From: Desulfuromonadaceae bacterium
GTDB lineage: Bacteria; Desulfobacterota; Desulfuromonadia; Desulfuromonadales; Desulfuromonadaceae
Assembly (NCBI GenBank): GCA_016936455.1
Contig: JAFGXV010000035.1
Location: 3,618-67,617 of the forward strand
Reading direction: 5' to 3'
DNA: 64,000 bases
The stretch's first letter is position 1. Every line of letters starts with the position of its first letter. Below the pieces are notes generated by a model that made no database searches, was not told the origin of the DNA, and was given only the letters and a program-made list of their open reading frames with translations. Below are positions 49,572 through 60,803 of the stretch, piece by piece. Both the position numbers and the translations under genes were made by a program.

Positions 49572-50627
49572 CTACGATTCCTTGGGAACAAAACGGTTCT
49601 TGTCCTGTGCCTTCAGATAAGCTTCCTCGGCACTGATCAGCTCCCTGGATCGATAATCCGCCAGCACGTCATCCATCAGCTGCATCCCCTGGGACTTGCC
49701 ACCCTGGATGATATTGCGGATATTGCTGATGTTGTTCTCACGGATGCTGGCCGAGAGCCCGGTGCCACCAAGCAGAATCTCGTTGGCAGCGATGCGCCCG
49801 CCCCCCTCTTTTTTCAGCAGCAACTGGGCAACGATGCCGCGCAGGGTATCGGCCAGCATGGTCCGCGCCGCGCCCTGCTGATCGGACGGGAACACGTCGA
49901 TAATACGGTCAATGGTCTTGACCGCGGAATTGGTATGCAGGGTGCCGAAGACCAGGGTGCCCATAGCCGCAGCCGACAGAGCCAGCGAGATCGTCTCATA
50001 ATCGCGCATCTCGCCCACCAGAATCACATCGCAATCCTGGCGGCAGGCCGTATGCAATCCGGCACCGAACGACGGCACGTCGCAGCCCACCTCACGCTGA
50101 CAGAAGGTGCTTTTGCGATTGGGATGCACGAACTCGATCGGCTCCTCGATGGTCAGGATATAGCGGGCATAGTGACTGTTGATATAGTCGATCATGGCGG
50201 CCAGCGTGGTCGACTTGCCGCTGCCCGTCGGCCCGGTGACCAGCACCAGGCCGCTGCGCAACGAAGCCAGCTCCTTGAGTACCGGCGGCAGGTGGAGATC
50301 CTCCAGCGTCAGGATTTTAGTGGGGATGACGCGGAATACCGCGGCGATACCATGCAGATGACCGTAGTAATTGGCGCGAAAACGCGCCTTTTCGTCCTTT
50401 TCATAAGCGAAGTCGAGGTCTTTGCTGTCCAGAAATTCCACCCAGCGTTCCGGCTCGCAGATCTCCTTGAGATAACCCACCATGGCCATCTCATCAATGG
50501 GAGGCTCCCCTTCCAGACAGACCATCGAGCCATGCTCGCGCACTTTGGGCGGCTGCCCCTGCAACAGATGCAGGTCCGACGCGCCACAGGCCAGCATTTT
50601 ATCAAACAGGCGATCAATTTTTGCCAT
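49572..50627 (-). CDS. PilT/PilU-family ATPase
   Basis: ASDLH, GPTGSGKSTT, EEPIE, VGEMRD, TLHT. Confidence 0.9.
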   Translation of the reverse strand: MAKIDRLFDKMLACGASDLHLLQGQPPKVREHGSMVCLEGEPPIDEMAMVGYLKEICEPERWVEFLDSKDLDFAYEKDEKARFRANYYGHLHGIAAVFRVIPTKILTLEDLHLPPVLKELASLRSGLVLVTGPTGSGKSTTLAAMIDYINSHYARYILTIEEPIEFVHPNRKSTFCQREVGCDVPSFGAGLHTACRQDCDVILVGEMRDYETISLALSAAAMGTLVFGTLHTNSAVKTIDRIIDVFPSDQQGAARTMLADTLRGIVAQLLLKKEGGGRIAANEILLGGTGLSASIRENNISNIRNIIQGGKSQGMQLMDDVLADYRSRELISAEEAYLKAQDKNRFVPKES

Positions 50628-50686
50628 CAGCGTTACTCCACAAACCCTTTTTCAGAATAGACAGCCCCATCAACAGGCGACCCGCA

Positions 50687-52108
50687 TCAATTTCCGGAAT
50701 CAGCAGCCGCGTCCGGGACCTTGGGCCGCCAGGCTTCAAAGGGCTTTTTGTTAATGGCGGCAAACCAGGCCTCCTCGCCCGGGATCAGGCCATCGTTCAC
50801 CAGCTTGAGCAGCGAATCCTCCAGCTGGCACATGCCCTTGTCGCGATTGATCTGCATCATGGTCGGCAACTGGAACATGCGATCATCGCGGATCAGGTTG
50901 CCGATGGCCGTGTTGTTGAGCATGATTTCGAGCGCCAGAGCCCGGCCCTGACCGTCGGCCTTCGGCAGCAGCCGCTGACAGACGATGCCGCGGATGGACT
51001 CGCTGATCATGGCCCGCACCTGCCCCTGCTGATCCGGCGGGAAAAAATCGAGAATCCGGCTGATGGTCTGGCCAGCACCGGTGGTATGCAATGACGCCAG
51101 CACCAGATGGCCGGTTTCAGCGGCGGAAATCGCCAGACTGGCGGTTTCCCGGTCACGCAGCTCACCGATCATGATCACATCGGGGTCCTCGCGCAGCGCT
51201 GCTCGCAGTGCCGCCGAAAAGCTACGGGTATGGCTGCCCACCTCGCGCTGGCTGATATGCGACTTCGCCGGGGTGAACACATACTCAATCGGGTCCTCCA
51301 TGGTGATGATGTGATCGTCGCGCTGGCGGTTGATCAGCTCGACCATCGCCGCCAGCGTTGTCGTCTTGCCACAGCCTCCGGGACCGGTGACCAGAATCAA
51401 CCCCTGATGATACTCCGTCAGCCCCTTCAGACTCGGCGGCAGCTGCAGTTCTTCAAAGGTGGAAATCCGGTTGTTGATAATCCGGAACGCCCCATCCCAG
51501 CCACGGCTCTGCTGGGCAAAACAGCTGCGGTAGCGCCCCTGCCCCGGCACCTCGCAACAAACATCGAGGGCTTTATGGTGACGCAGCTGTTCGCGTTGCG
51601 GGCCCTTGAGAATACTGAACAGCAGCTCCTCCGCCTCCGCCGCGGTCACGGGCGGCTGATCGAGACAGATCAGCTGGCCGTCTTTGCGCATCAGCGGCGG
51701 CGACCCGGCATTGACATGGAGATCCGAAGCGCCCTGCTCACGGGCCCAGCCCAGCAGCTGCGTCAGACTGCGTGCCGTTGCCGGCGACCTGACATCGAAG
51801 GGGGAAGGTGCCGCGGCCACCGCCGTCTCCGGAACCGGAGCAACCGCAGGCGACTGCGGCACCGGACTCGGCGCCGTCGCAGACTCACCTGCGACCGCTG
51901 CGGCGGCAGGTCGATCCTGCAACGCCATGAAGCGCTGCCGGATCTGTTCCACCTGGGGCGGTTTCAGGGCCCCGGCGCGCACCAGCAGCTCGGCCAATTC
52001 CAGTTCCGGGTGGCTCTGCAGGTAAGCCTTGGCTCGTTCCAGCAGCTCCGGCGCAGCAACCCTGTTGTGCAGCACCACTTTTTCGACATACTGGTCAAAT
52101 GCTGTCAT
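50687..52108 (-). CDS. PilT-family ATPase with an extra N-terminal domain
   Basis: ASDLH, GPGGCGKTTT, EDPIE, LREDPD, ETGHLVLASLHT. Confidence 0.9.
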   Translation of the reverse strand: MTAFDQYVEKVVLHNRVAAPELLERAKAYLQSHPELELAELLVRAGALKPPQVEQIRQRFMALQDRPAAAAVAGESATAPSPVPQSPAVAPVPETAVAAAPSPFDVRSPATARSLTQLLGWAREQGASDLHVNAGSPPLMRKDGQLICLDQPPVTAAEAEELLFSILKGPQREQLRHHKALDVCCEVPGQGRYRSCFAQQSRGWDGAFRIINNRISTFEELQLPPSLKGLTEYHQGLILVTGPGGCGKTTTLAAMVELINRQRDDHIITMEDPIEYVFTPAKSHISQREVGSHTRSFSAALRAALREDPDVIMIGELRDRETASLAISAAETGHLVLASLHTTGAGQTISRILDFFPPDQQGQVRAMISESIRGIVCQRLLPKADGQGRALALEIMLNNTAIGNLIRDDRMFQLPTMMQINRDKGMCQLEDSLLKLVNDGLIPGEEAWFAAINKKPFEAWRPKVPDAAADSGN

Positions 52109-52481
52109 AGGGCGTCCCTATTTCCACATCCAGATCCAGCTCACTCTGGGTTTCATCGCGCTCTTTTTCCTGGCGCCGCTGCTCCAGCAGCCAGGCCCCC
52201 AGGCTGCCGAGATCGGTGCCACCGCAATCCACCTCATCGGCCAGCAGAATGATCTCGATCTCATCGCGGCTGACGTTGATAAAACCGGCACTGAACAGGG
52301 AATTGCCACTCTGGCGCTCCCACACCTGGGCTTCGGTCACGGCAATAAACGGCCGCGCATCGCAGACCATGTCCGTAAGACGACAGCCCTTTTTAATATA
52401 AATACGCCCGACAACCCGGTAGTTATGGGTCAGGATCACCACCTTCGCCATAGAATTCGGTTCGCGACTGACCACGACCAT
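52095..52481 (-). CDS. Small conserved hypothetical protein (DUF6812-like)
   Basis: GGAGG RBS; RLTD...FIAVTEA...FINV pattern; overlaps the pilT start. Confidence 0.65.
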   Translation of the reverse strand: MVVVSREPNSMAKVVILTHNYRVVGRIYIKKGCRLTDMVCDARPFIAVTEAQVWERQSGNSLFSAGFINVSRDEIEIILLADEVDCGGTDLGSLGAWLLEQRRQEKERDETQSELDLDVEIGTPYDSI

Positions 52482-52605
52482 CTGTCTCCTCCCTGAAAGC
52501 CTGCATCGCCCGAAGAGCTGCGCGTTATTCCTCTGTTGAGGGTAACCGAAACCACGCCCCCGGCAAGGTTATCTGTGCCGTTTTAGACCGGACCCTACAC
52601 AATAA

Positions 52606-52632
52606 ATAGGCTGTCAGGGCGCGCGGGGCAAG
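52606..52632 (-). promoter_or_regulatory. Putative RpoH-like promoter of the pilT operon
   Basis: Minus strand CTTG-N18-CCTAT. Confidence 0.45.
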
Positions 52633-52655
52633 CAAAAAGCTTTCCCGGGCAACAG

Positions 52656-52683
52656 TTGCCCAAACCACTCTTCATGATAGAAT
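52656..52683 (+). promoter_or_regulatory. sigma70-type promoter of the diguanylate cyclase
   Basis: TTGCCC-N16-TAGAAT with an extended -10 TG. Confidence 0.5.
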
Positions 52684-52710
52684 CGTAGGACATAAACTAA
52701 GGAGACTGCG

Positions 52711-55194
52711 TTGAAAGCGAAATGCCTGTCCACATTGCTTGTCTTTCTTTTCTTGAGCGCATCCCCGCTTTGGGCCGGGCTGGAACCCGTCTCATTGCAG
52801 CTTCAATGGCTGCATCAGTTTCAGTTTGCCGGTTATTATGTCGCCCAGGAGCAGGGTTTCTATCAAGCGGCCGGCCTGGAGGTCACCCTCCGGGAATATC
52901 GGCCCAACCTCGATGTGGTCGAAGAGGTTCTGGCCCACCGCGCCCAGTTCGGAACCGGCAAATCCTCCCTGGCCCTCAATCGGCTCCAGGGCGATGCGGT
53001 GATCCTGCTTGGCGCCATCTTTCAACAGGCACCGGAAATCCTCATTGCCACCCGACCCGACATCCGTGCCCCGCAGGATCTGGCCGGGAAAAGAGTGATG
53101 ATGACGCCGGACCAGTCCACCGCCACCTGCCTCCTCTCGATGCTCATCTCCCAGGGCGTCAGCCTTGACAACCTGCAGGTGCAACCGCATTCCTCCAATC
53201 TGGCGGATCTCATCGAAGGCCGCACCGATGCCATGGCCTGCTACCTGTCCAACGAGCCCTACCAGCTTGAGCAGGCCGGAATCCCCTACCAGATCTTTAA
53301 CCCCGCCGATTACGGCTTTTCCTCCTACGGCGACCTGCTGTTTACCAGCGAAGAGCAGATCCGCAACCACCCCCAGCAGACGCGCGCCTTCTATGAAGCA
53401 TCCCTCAAGGGCTGGCAATGGGCCTTTGACCATATCGAAGAAACGGCGCAGCTGATCCTTCACCGCTACCATCCTGCGGGAAAAACCCTGGCCGGATTGA
53501 TCTTCGAGGGACAAGTGCTGAAAAAAATGGCTTTTTCTCACCACGCCCGGCTTGGCACCATCCACAGAAAAAAAATTGACCGAATGATGGAACTCTACCG
53601 GCTCAGCGGCCTGGTGCGGGGAAACCACCTCAGCCTGGAGGGCGCGATCGACCCCCTTGGCTTCAACCGGCAGGAAATCGAAATCGGTGTGCTGGCGGTG
53701 CGGGATACGGAAAAGGCGCGCCAGCGCTGGGTATCGCTGGCCAACTATCTCAACGCCGAGCTTGATGAGGTTCACTGCACGATCATCCCGGGTTCCTACG
53801 AGCAGCTCACCCGGCTGATTGACGAGAACACTATCGACTTTCTGCTGGTCAACCCGGTTCTTTATCTGGCGTACGAAAACCAATACGGCCTGTCGCGGAT
53901 CGCGACCCTGCTCAACCGGGGTTGGAATGGCAAGCAGGCCATCGACCGCTATGGCAGCGTCCTGTTCACCACGGCCCAGAACCCTGTTGAGTTGACCCCG
54001 GAGGCACTGGCCGGCCAACGGCTGGCAGCCGTTGATCCGCGATCCCTGGGTGGCTGGCTCATTGCGCTGGAAACCCTGCAGGAAAACGGCATCAGGCTTC
54101 GCGACATGAAGGTGTCTTTTCTGGGCAGCCAGGATGCCGTGGTGCAGGCCGTGCTGCAGGGCACAGCGGACATCGGCGTGGTCCGCACCGGAATTATTGA
54201 GCAGCTGGAAGCGGAAGACAGTCTCGATGGAAACGCGCTTCACATCGTCCATGAGCAGCAGCAGCCTGACTTTCCCTACCGGGTCAGCACCAAACTTTAT
54301 CCGGAGTGGTCCTTTGCCAAACTGAAGCATGTCCCCGTCGAGACCGCGAACCTGCTGGCCTCGGCCCTGCTCGGACTGACAGGACATCTGGAGGACAAGG
54401 AAACGGAGGATCTCGACGGCTGGACCGTCCCCATTGACTACTCCGAGGTCCACAGACTCCTCAAAAAACAGCATTTGCCGCCCTACGATCAGGTCAATTA
54501 CACCCTCTCGGAGTTCGTGGAACGCTATGCGCTCTGGGTCTACAGTGGTCTGACGCTACTGACCATTCTCCTGCTGCACGGTCTCTACAGCAACCGTCTA
54601 AACAAGCACCTGGCAGACGAAGTCCGTAAACACACCAAACAATTACGCAGCGCGAACAAAAACCTTCAGCAGCAGGCCCGTACCGATGCCCTGACCGGGT
54701 TGCACAACCGACGCTATTTCATGGAATTCGCCCAGCAGTATATCTCGCTGGCCCAACGGAACGAAACCCCGCTGCAACTGCTTTCACTTGATATCGATCA
54801 CTTTAAACAGGTCAACGACCAGTTCGGCCACCAGGTCGGCGATGAAATTCTCATCCGCTTTGCCCGCACCCTGGAGCCGCTGCTGCGCAGCAGCGACCTG
54901 ATGGCCCGCATCGGCGGCGAGGAGTTCGTTGTCTGCCTGCAAAACACCACCCCGGAAGGGGCCGTGGTTTTTGCCGAAAAGGTTCTTGCCGCAATCCGCG
55001 CCATGACCTACTACACCCGCGAGGGTGCAACGGTGACCATTACCGTGAGCATCGGAATTGCGGCGCTGCGCCCGGGGCAGGATCTCAGTGCCCTGCTGAG
55101 GCGCTCTGACCGCGCCCTTTACCGGGCCAAGGATGGGGGTCGCGATCAGTTTGTGCAGGATGAATCGGACGGCAACCCGGCCACGGCGCTCTGA
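52711..55194 (+). CDS. Diguanylate cyclase with NMT1/THI5-like and phosphonate-binding-like periplasmic domains
   Basis: Signal peptide, WLHQFQFAGYY, second binding-protein domain, TM, DALTGLHNRR, RSSD I-site, GGEEF. Confidence 0.9.
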   Translation: MKAKCLSTLLVFLFLSASPLWAGLEPVSLQLQWLHQFQFAGYYVAQEQGFYQAAGLEVTLREYRPNLDVVEEVLAHRAQFGTGKSSLALNRLQGDAVILLGAIFQQAPEILIATRPDIRAPQDLAGKRVMMTPDQSTATCLLSMLISQGVSLDNLQVQPHSSNLADLIEGRTDAMACYLSNEPYQLEQAGIPYQIFNPADYGFSSYGDLLFTSEEQIRNHPQQTRAFYEASLKGWQWAFDHIEETAQLILHRYHPAGKTLAGLIFEGQVLKKMAFSHHARLGTIHRKKIDRMMELYRLSGLVRGNHLSLEGAIDPLGFNRQEIEIGVLAVRDTEKARQRWVSLANYLNAELDEVHCTIIPGSYEQLTRLIDENTIDFLLVNPVLYLAYENQYGLSRIATLLNRGWNGKQAIDRYGSVLFTTAQNPVELTPEALAGQRLAAVDPRSLGGWLIALETLQENGIRLRDMKVSFLGSQDAVVQAVLQGTADIGVVRTGIIEQLEAEDSLDGNALHIVHEQQQPDFPYRVSTKLYPEWSFAKLKHVPVETANLLASALLGLTGHLEDKETEDLDGWTVPIDYSEVHRLLKKQHLPPYDQVNYTLSEFVERYALWVYSGLTLLTILLLHGLYSNRLNKHLADEVRKHTKQLRSANKNLQQQARTDALTGLHNRRYFMEFAQQYISLAQRNETPLQLLSLDIDHFKQVNDQFGHQVGDEILIRFARTLEPLLRSSDLMARIGGEEFVVCLQNTTPEGAVVFAEKVLAAIRAMTYYTREGATVTITVSIGIAALRPGQDLSALLRRSDRALYRAKDGGRDQFVQDESDGNPATAL

Positions 55195-55284
55195 AACAGG
55201 GAGACACCAGAGGAAAAGACGACTGCCAGCCGACCTGATACGGCAACGAATCGGCTGGCAACGATAAAGGCAGGACGGATCGGG

Positions 55285-55947
55285 TCAGCTTCCCCAGCCA
55301 TGGCGGACGATTTCGCCATCGATCATATAGACCACGTCCTCGGCGATATGGGCCGACAGATCGGCGATGCGCTCCAGATGCCGCGACACCGCCAGCCACA
55401 GCATCAGAGCGTTGAGATGAGCCGGCTGCTCAAGGATCTTGCTCTTCACCAGACCATAGGTGGCACGGTGGATGGCATCGACCTCGTCATCGGTGCGGAT
55501 AACCTTGCGCGCCAGCCGTGAATCCAGATCCACCAGCGCGTCGAGACTGCTGCGGAACATCCGCATCACCCGCTGGCCCATGACCTTGTAGTCGAAGGGT
55601 GGCTCCACCGCTTTTTCCTCGTCGAGCATCAGGATGCGCTTGGCGATATTGACCGCCACATCGGCAATGCGCTCCAGATCGCTGTTGATCTTGATCACCG
55701 AGATGATGAAACGCAGATCCGTCGCCACCGGCTGGTGCAACGCCAGCACCTTGAGACATTCCTCCTCCAGCGCCACCTCTGCGTGATTGATCTTGTCGTC
55801 CTGGCTGATCACGGCTCGGGCCAGATTGACGTCCCCGCGCTCCAGCGCCTGCACCGCCTTTTCGACACAGGCTTCCACCTGGGTACTCTGGGCCAGGATA
55901 TGCCGCTTCAGGCTGCTGATTTCTTCCTGTAAATGAATGGCCATCAT
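55285..55947 (-). CDS. phoU: Phosphate signalling protein PhoU
   Basis: QPVATDLR, DLERIAD, HLERIAD. Confidence 0.95.
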   Translation of the reverse strand: MMAIHLQEEISSLKRHILAQSTQVEACVEKAVQALERGDVNLARAVISQDDKINHAEVALEEECLKVLALHQPVATDLRFIISVIKINSDLERIADVAVNIAKRILMLDEEKAVEPPFDYKVMGQRVMRMFRSSLDALVDLDSRLARKVIRTDDEVDAIHRATYGLVKSKILEQPAHLNALMLWLAVSRHLERIADLSAHIAEDVVYMIDGEIVRHGWGS

Positions 55948-55960
55948 GCCGAGTCCTTTC

Positions 55961-56740
<780 letters not shown>

Positions 56741-56770
56741 ATCTCCTCACAGTCGGTGCGATGGACCTCG

Positions 56771-58375
56771 TCAGAAGGTGCCGAAGGTATATTTCTTCTT
56801 CATCCGGTTGCGCAGCCGGATCGCCACGCCGCTCATCAGCAGCACGATCAGCACCAGCAACAGGGTGGTGACAAACACCATGGGCCGCGCCGCCTCGACA
56901 TTGGGCGACTGAAAACCGATGTCGTAGATATGGAAGCCCAGATGCATGAACTTGCGCTCCAGATGAAAGAAGGGGAACTGGCCGTCCAGCGGCAGGGCCG
57001 GTGCCAGCTTGACCACGCCGGTGATCATCAGCGGCGCAACCTCGCCCGCGGCGCGGGCCATGGACAGGATCAGTCCGGTCATGATGCCCGGTGACGCCAT
57101 GGGCAGCAGGATACGCGTCAGGGTCTGAAAACGGGTCGAGCCCAGCGCCAGCGATCCTTCGCGGATGCCGCCGGGAATCGCACCCAACGCCTCCTCGGTG
57201 GTGACGATCACCACCGGCACCGTCAGCAGCGCCAGGGTCAGGCTGGCCCACAGCAACCCGCCGGTCCCGAAGGTCGGCGTCGGCAGCCGTTCCGGGAAAA
57301 ACAGCTGGTCAATGCCACTGCCGATCCCGTAGACGAAAAAGCCGAGGCCGAAAATACCGTAAACAATGGAGGGAATGCCGGCCAGGTTGTTGACGGCAAT
57401 GCGCACCAGCCGCACCATCAGGCCGTCCCCGGCGTATTCGCGCAGGTAGACGGCGGCAATGACGCCCAGCGGGAATGAAAACAGGCTCATGACGAACACC
57501 AGCAGCACGGTCCCGAAAATCGCCGGGAACAGCCCGCCCTCGGTGTTGGACTCGCGCGGCTCTCCGCTGAGCAGCTCCCACAGCTTCGACGCATAGATGC
57601 CGCAGCGGCCGACCAGCGACAGCTCGTTGGACGGGTAGCAACGCACGATGCCGTCCAGCTCAATGCGCTTGGTGCGGCCGTTCACATCCTCGAACTGCGC
57701 GTAGTAGCCCGTCAGCTGTCCCTGCTGCTGGCGCTGCTGCCGCACCAGCTGAGCGAATTCCGCTTTCAGACTTTCAATCTCGGCCTTCACAGCCAGGCGC
57801 TGCGGGTCCTCACCGGAAACACCCTGATAATCGAAGCGCAACAGACGATCCTGCTCTTTTTCCAGCGCGTAATTGACGCTGTTGATCTGGCTCATCACTT
57901 CATCGAGTTTGTCCTGCAGGGCCGCCACGGCCTTACGGGCGCTGGCCAGCTGCTGCCACGGGCTGTCGCCCGCATCAAAGACCTGTTCCGGCTGCGGCAC
58001 CACCACCTGCTTCAGAAAACCGAAGAAATGCCCGTACTCGCTACGCTCGACGGTAATGGCCTGCTGCGGCCACTGGCGACCAATGACCTGCTTCTCATCC
58101 ACCCAGCGAAAATCCATGCCGTAAAGATCACGGTTGCCGACCTTGAATTGCTGGCGCATGCCGCTGTGGTCCGGCAAGGGTTCGCGCCGCAGCAGTTCGC
58201 CCAGCACCTTCTGTCCGCCCTGCAGTTCCAGCTCCACCAATCGACTGGGCCAGAACGCGCCCAGACCGTTGATCATGACCACCACGATCAGGGTGAGACC
58301 CATCAGCAGGGTCGTGGTCAGGGCGGCGGCCGTCAGCCACACCTGCGGTTCACCGCGGGAAATAAATGTCTTCAT
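56771..58375 (-). CDS. pstA: Phosphate ABC permease PstA (long form)
   Basis: PRESNTEGG, LAGIPSIVYG, ARAAGEVAPL. Confidence 0.93.
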   Translation of the reverse strand: MKTFISRGEPQVWLTAAALTTTLLMGLTLIVVVMINGLGAFWPSRLVELELQGGQKVLGELLRREPLPDHSGMRQQFKVGNRDLYGMDFRWVDEKQVIGRQWPQQAITVERSEYGHFFGFLKQVVVPQPEQVFDAGDSPWQQLASARKAVAALQDKLDEVMSQINSVNYALEKEQDRLLRFDYQGVSGEDPQRLAVKAEIESLKAEFAQLVRQQRQQQGQLTGYYAQFEDVNGRTKRIELDGIVRCYPSNELSLVGRCGIYASKLWELLSGEPRESNTEGGLFPAIFGTVLLVFVMSLFSFPLGVIAAVYLREYAGDGLMVRLVRIAVNNLAGIPSIVYGIFGLGFFVYGIGSGIDQLFFPERLPTPTFGTGGLLWASLTLALLTVPVVIVTTEEALGAIPGGIREGSLALGSTRFQTLTRILLPMASPGIMTGLILSMARAAGEVAPLMITGVVKLAPALPLDGQFPFFHLERKFMHLGFHIYDIGFQSPNVEAARPMVFVTTLLLVLIVLLMSGVAIRLRNRMKKKYTFGTF

Positions 58376-58401
58376 CGTCTCCTCCCGACGCGCAGCCGCT
58401 G

Positions 58402-60624
58402 TTAAAACCGGCCGTATTTGCGCCGCAATCGCTGACGTACAATCTCGGCCACGGTGTTGAGGACAAAGGTCATCACAAACAGCAGCACCGCCGACAGAAA
58501 CAATACCCGGTAGAGGGTGTCGCCGTGGGGCGCTTCCGGAATCTCCACCGCAATATTGGCCGACAACGGCCGCATGCCGTTAAACATGCTCCAGTCCATG
58601 ATCGGCGTATTGCCCGTCGCCATCAGCACGATCATGGTCTCGCCGACCGCCCGGCCCAGGCCGATCATGATGGCGGCAAAGATGCCCGGACTGGCCGACG
58701 GCAACACCACCCGCCACACCGTCTGCCAGCGACTGGCCCCGAGGGCCAGCGAGGCGGCCTTGAGGCTGCCGGGCACGTTGGACAGGGCGTCCTCGGCCAT
58801 GGTGAAAATAATCGGAATCACGGCAAAACCGAGGGCAAAGGCGATGACGATGCTGTTACGCGCGTCGTAACGCACCCCGGCCTGCTGGAACAGCCACAGC
58901 TTGAAATCGCCGCCGAACAGCCCATTCTCCAGCCAGGGACCCAGCTGCAGGGCCATGGCCAGCGCCAGCACCAGCAGTGGCGCCAGCACCAGAAATTCAT
59001 GCCCGCGCTCGACATAACGCGCCCAGGGCCGCTGACGCAAGCTGCTCCAGACCAACAGCAGCAGCACGAACAGCAGCGGCACCAGCACCAGCGTCAGCAC
59101 AAAACCCGGGAACGAGCGCTCCAGCAGCGGCGCAAACCACAGGGCAGCGAGAAAGCCGATAATGACCGAAGGAACCGCAGCCATGATTTCCACGGCCGGC
59201 TTGACCACTTCGCGCAGCCGGACACTGCCGAACTGGCTGGTGTAGACCGCGCCGAGCAGGGCCAGCGGAATGGCAAAGATCATGGCGTAAAAGGTTCCCT
59301 TGAGGGTGCCGAAGATCAGGGGAACGAGACTGAGCTTGGCTTCGAACTCGTCGCTGGCCGCCGAGGATTGCCACACCCACTGCGGCTCCTGATAGCTTTC
59401 GTACCAGATCTTGCCGAACAGCGCCTTGAACCCGGCCTCGGGATGGGGGCAGTCAATGCGCCACAGGCCCACCGCGCCATCGCGCTGGAGGCCGAGCAGG
59501 GCATCCCCGCGCACGGACAGCGCGGCCAGGGTGAAGGGTTCTTTTTCGACCAGGGTAAGCAGATGGCGCTCGCTGGTCGAATAGTCGAGGTGAGCCACCC
59601 CGTTGTCATCCAGGCTGAGCACGGTGCGGTTGCGCGATGACGGCACCAGCTGCTCAACCGGCGCATCGTGCACGGACAGGGCATGGATCAAACCCAGACG
59701 CTTGCTCCCCGGACCCTCTTCCGTCGGTACCGGAAACCAGACACTGATCAACCCGGTCTCGTCGCCCACCGCCAGCGACTGGTCGCCGATCAACAGGGTC
59801 AGGGCGGTAATAGCGCGATGGTCGTCAAAGGCCTGGACCTTGTCGAGCAGACGGGGCACGCCCGGCTCACTCAAATCCCAGCGCAGCAATCCACCACTTC
59901 GGGTCGCCGCATAGAGGGTCCGCCCGCCGTGATCGAGCTTCAGCACCGTCAGCGCATCGGGATGCACCTGTTCCAGAACGCTGCGATACGACTGGGTTGT
60001 TTCATTGCCCAGAAAATCTTCTTCCGTCACCTGCTGTTCAATGTCAAGGGTCTGACCGGGCAACAGACTCACCCGCGTACTCCCCTGGTCGGACCGCGCC
60101 ACCACCGTCCGGTTTGGCAGCGCATCAACCGGGGCAAAAGAAGCCTCCTGATCGAGAAAAACGCTGCTGACGCGCTGTCCCTGCTCATTGTAATGCTGAA
60201 CAAAGCGCACCCGCTGCAGGCTGATGCGGCCGGAACGCCAGTGCAGCGCATAGCGATACTGGCTGACCGGCTCGACCTGCGTCAGCACATCATCGTCCAC
60301 CCCACTCTGAGCCGACAGACGGCTGACCACCTGCTGATCGGCAAGACGGAAAAAGATGAACCGGCCCTGGCGGTCGACCACGTAGGCCTGCTGCAGATAC
60401 TCATCCACACCGACCGCCAGCACTGCGTCGGCCGTCAGACCATCCGGCAGCGCAACACGCTGTTCCAACGTCGCCGTCGGCGAGGAAAACAGCGGCAAAG
60501 CTTCCCGGCCAATGAGCAGCAAGATCAGAATCACGCCAGCAATGACCAGAACGCCGGTCCCTCGAATACCGAAGGCGGCAATCCGGTCATGCCGTTTAAT
60601 TCTGCGTAGCGTTTTTTTCTCCAT
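58402..60624 (-). CDS. pstC: Phosphate ABC permease PstC with a beta-propeller-like N-terminal domain
   Basis: WYESY...WQSS, PSVIIGF, GRAVGETMIV. Confidence 0.9.
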   Translation of the reverse strand: MEKKTLRRIKRHDRIAAFGIRGTGVLVIAGVILILLLIGREALPLFSSPTATLEQRVALPDGLTADAVLAVGVDEYLQQAYVVDRQGRFIFFRLADQQVVSRLSAQSGVDDDVLTQVEPVSQYRYALHWRSGRISLQRVRFVQHYNEQGQRVSSVFLDQEASFAPVDALPNRTVVARSDQGSTRVSLLPGQTLDIEQQVTEEDFLGNETTQSYRSVLEQVHPDALTVLKLDHGGRTLYAATRSGGLLRWDLSEPGVPRLLDKVQAFDDHRAITALTLLIGDQSLAVGDETGLISVWFPVPTEEGPGSKRLGLIHALSVHDAPVEQLVPSSRNRTVLSLDDNGVAHLDYSTSERHLLTLVEKEPFTLAALSVRGDALLGLQRDGAVGLWRIDCPHPEAGFKALFGKIWYESYQEPQWVWQSSAASDEFEAKLSLVPLIFGTLKGTFYAMIFAIPLALLGAVYTSQFGSVRLREVVKPAVEIMAAVPSVIIGFLAALWFAPLLERSFPGFVLTLVLVPLLFVLLLLVWSSLRQRPWARYVERGHEFLVLAPLLVLALAMALQLGPWLENGLFGGDFKLWLFQQAGVRYDARNSIVIAFALGFAVIPIIFTMAEDALSNVPGSLKAASLALGASRWQTVWRVVLPSASPGIFAAIMIGLGRAVGETMIVLMATGNTPIMDWSMFNGMRPLSANIAVEIPEAPHGDTLYRVLFLSAVLLFVMTFVLNTVAEIVRQRLRRKYGRF

Positions 60625-60803
60625 GCCTACTGCCTCGCCAGCAGCCGGCGAACCGACTGCTGAGAATGAATGGGTAAACAATTTTTTTTACAGAAGGATC
60701 AACCTTCAAACACAAACCTAACACACGCAAGAGACGAACACGCCCAGCCCGTCATGAGCTGGACGTGTCAGGGGTCAGGCTGTTGCCAGCCGTCAGGAGA
60801 AGG

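Noticed and set aside
55224-55260. Inverted repeat TGCCAGCCGA...TCGGCTGGCA
   Set aside because: Single copy between convergent genes; probably a terminator or stability hairpin, not a REP or MITE
58402-60624. Unusually long PstC and PstA
   Set aside because: Long forms with extra periplasmic domains are a known Pseudomonas/Vibrio-type variant
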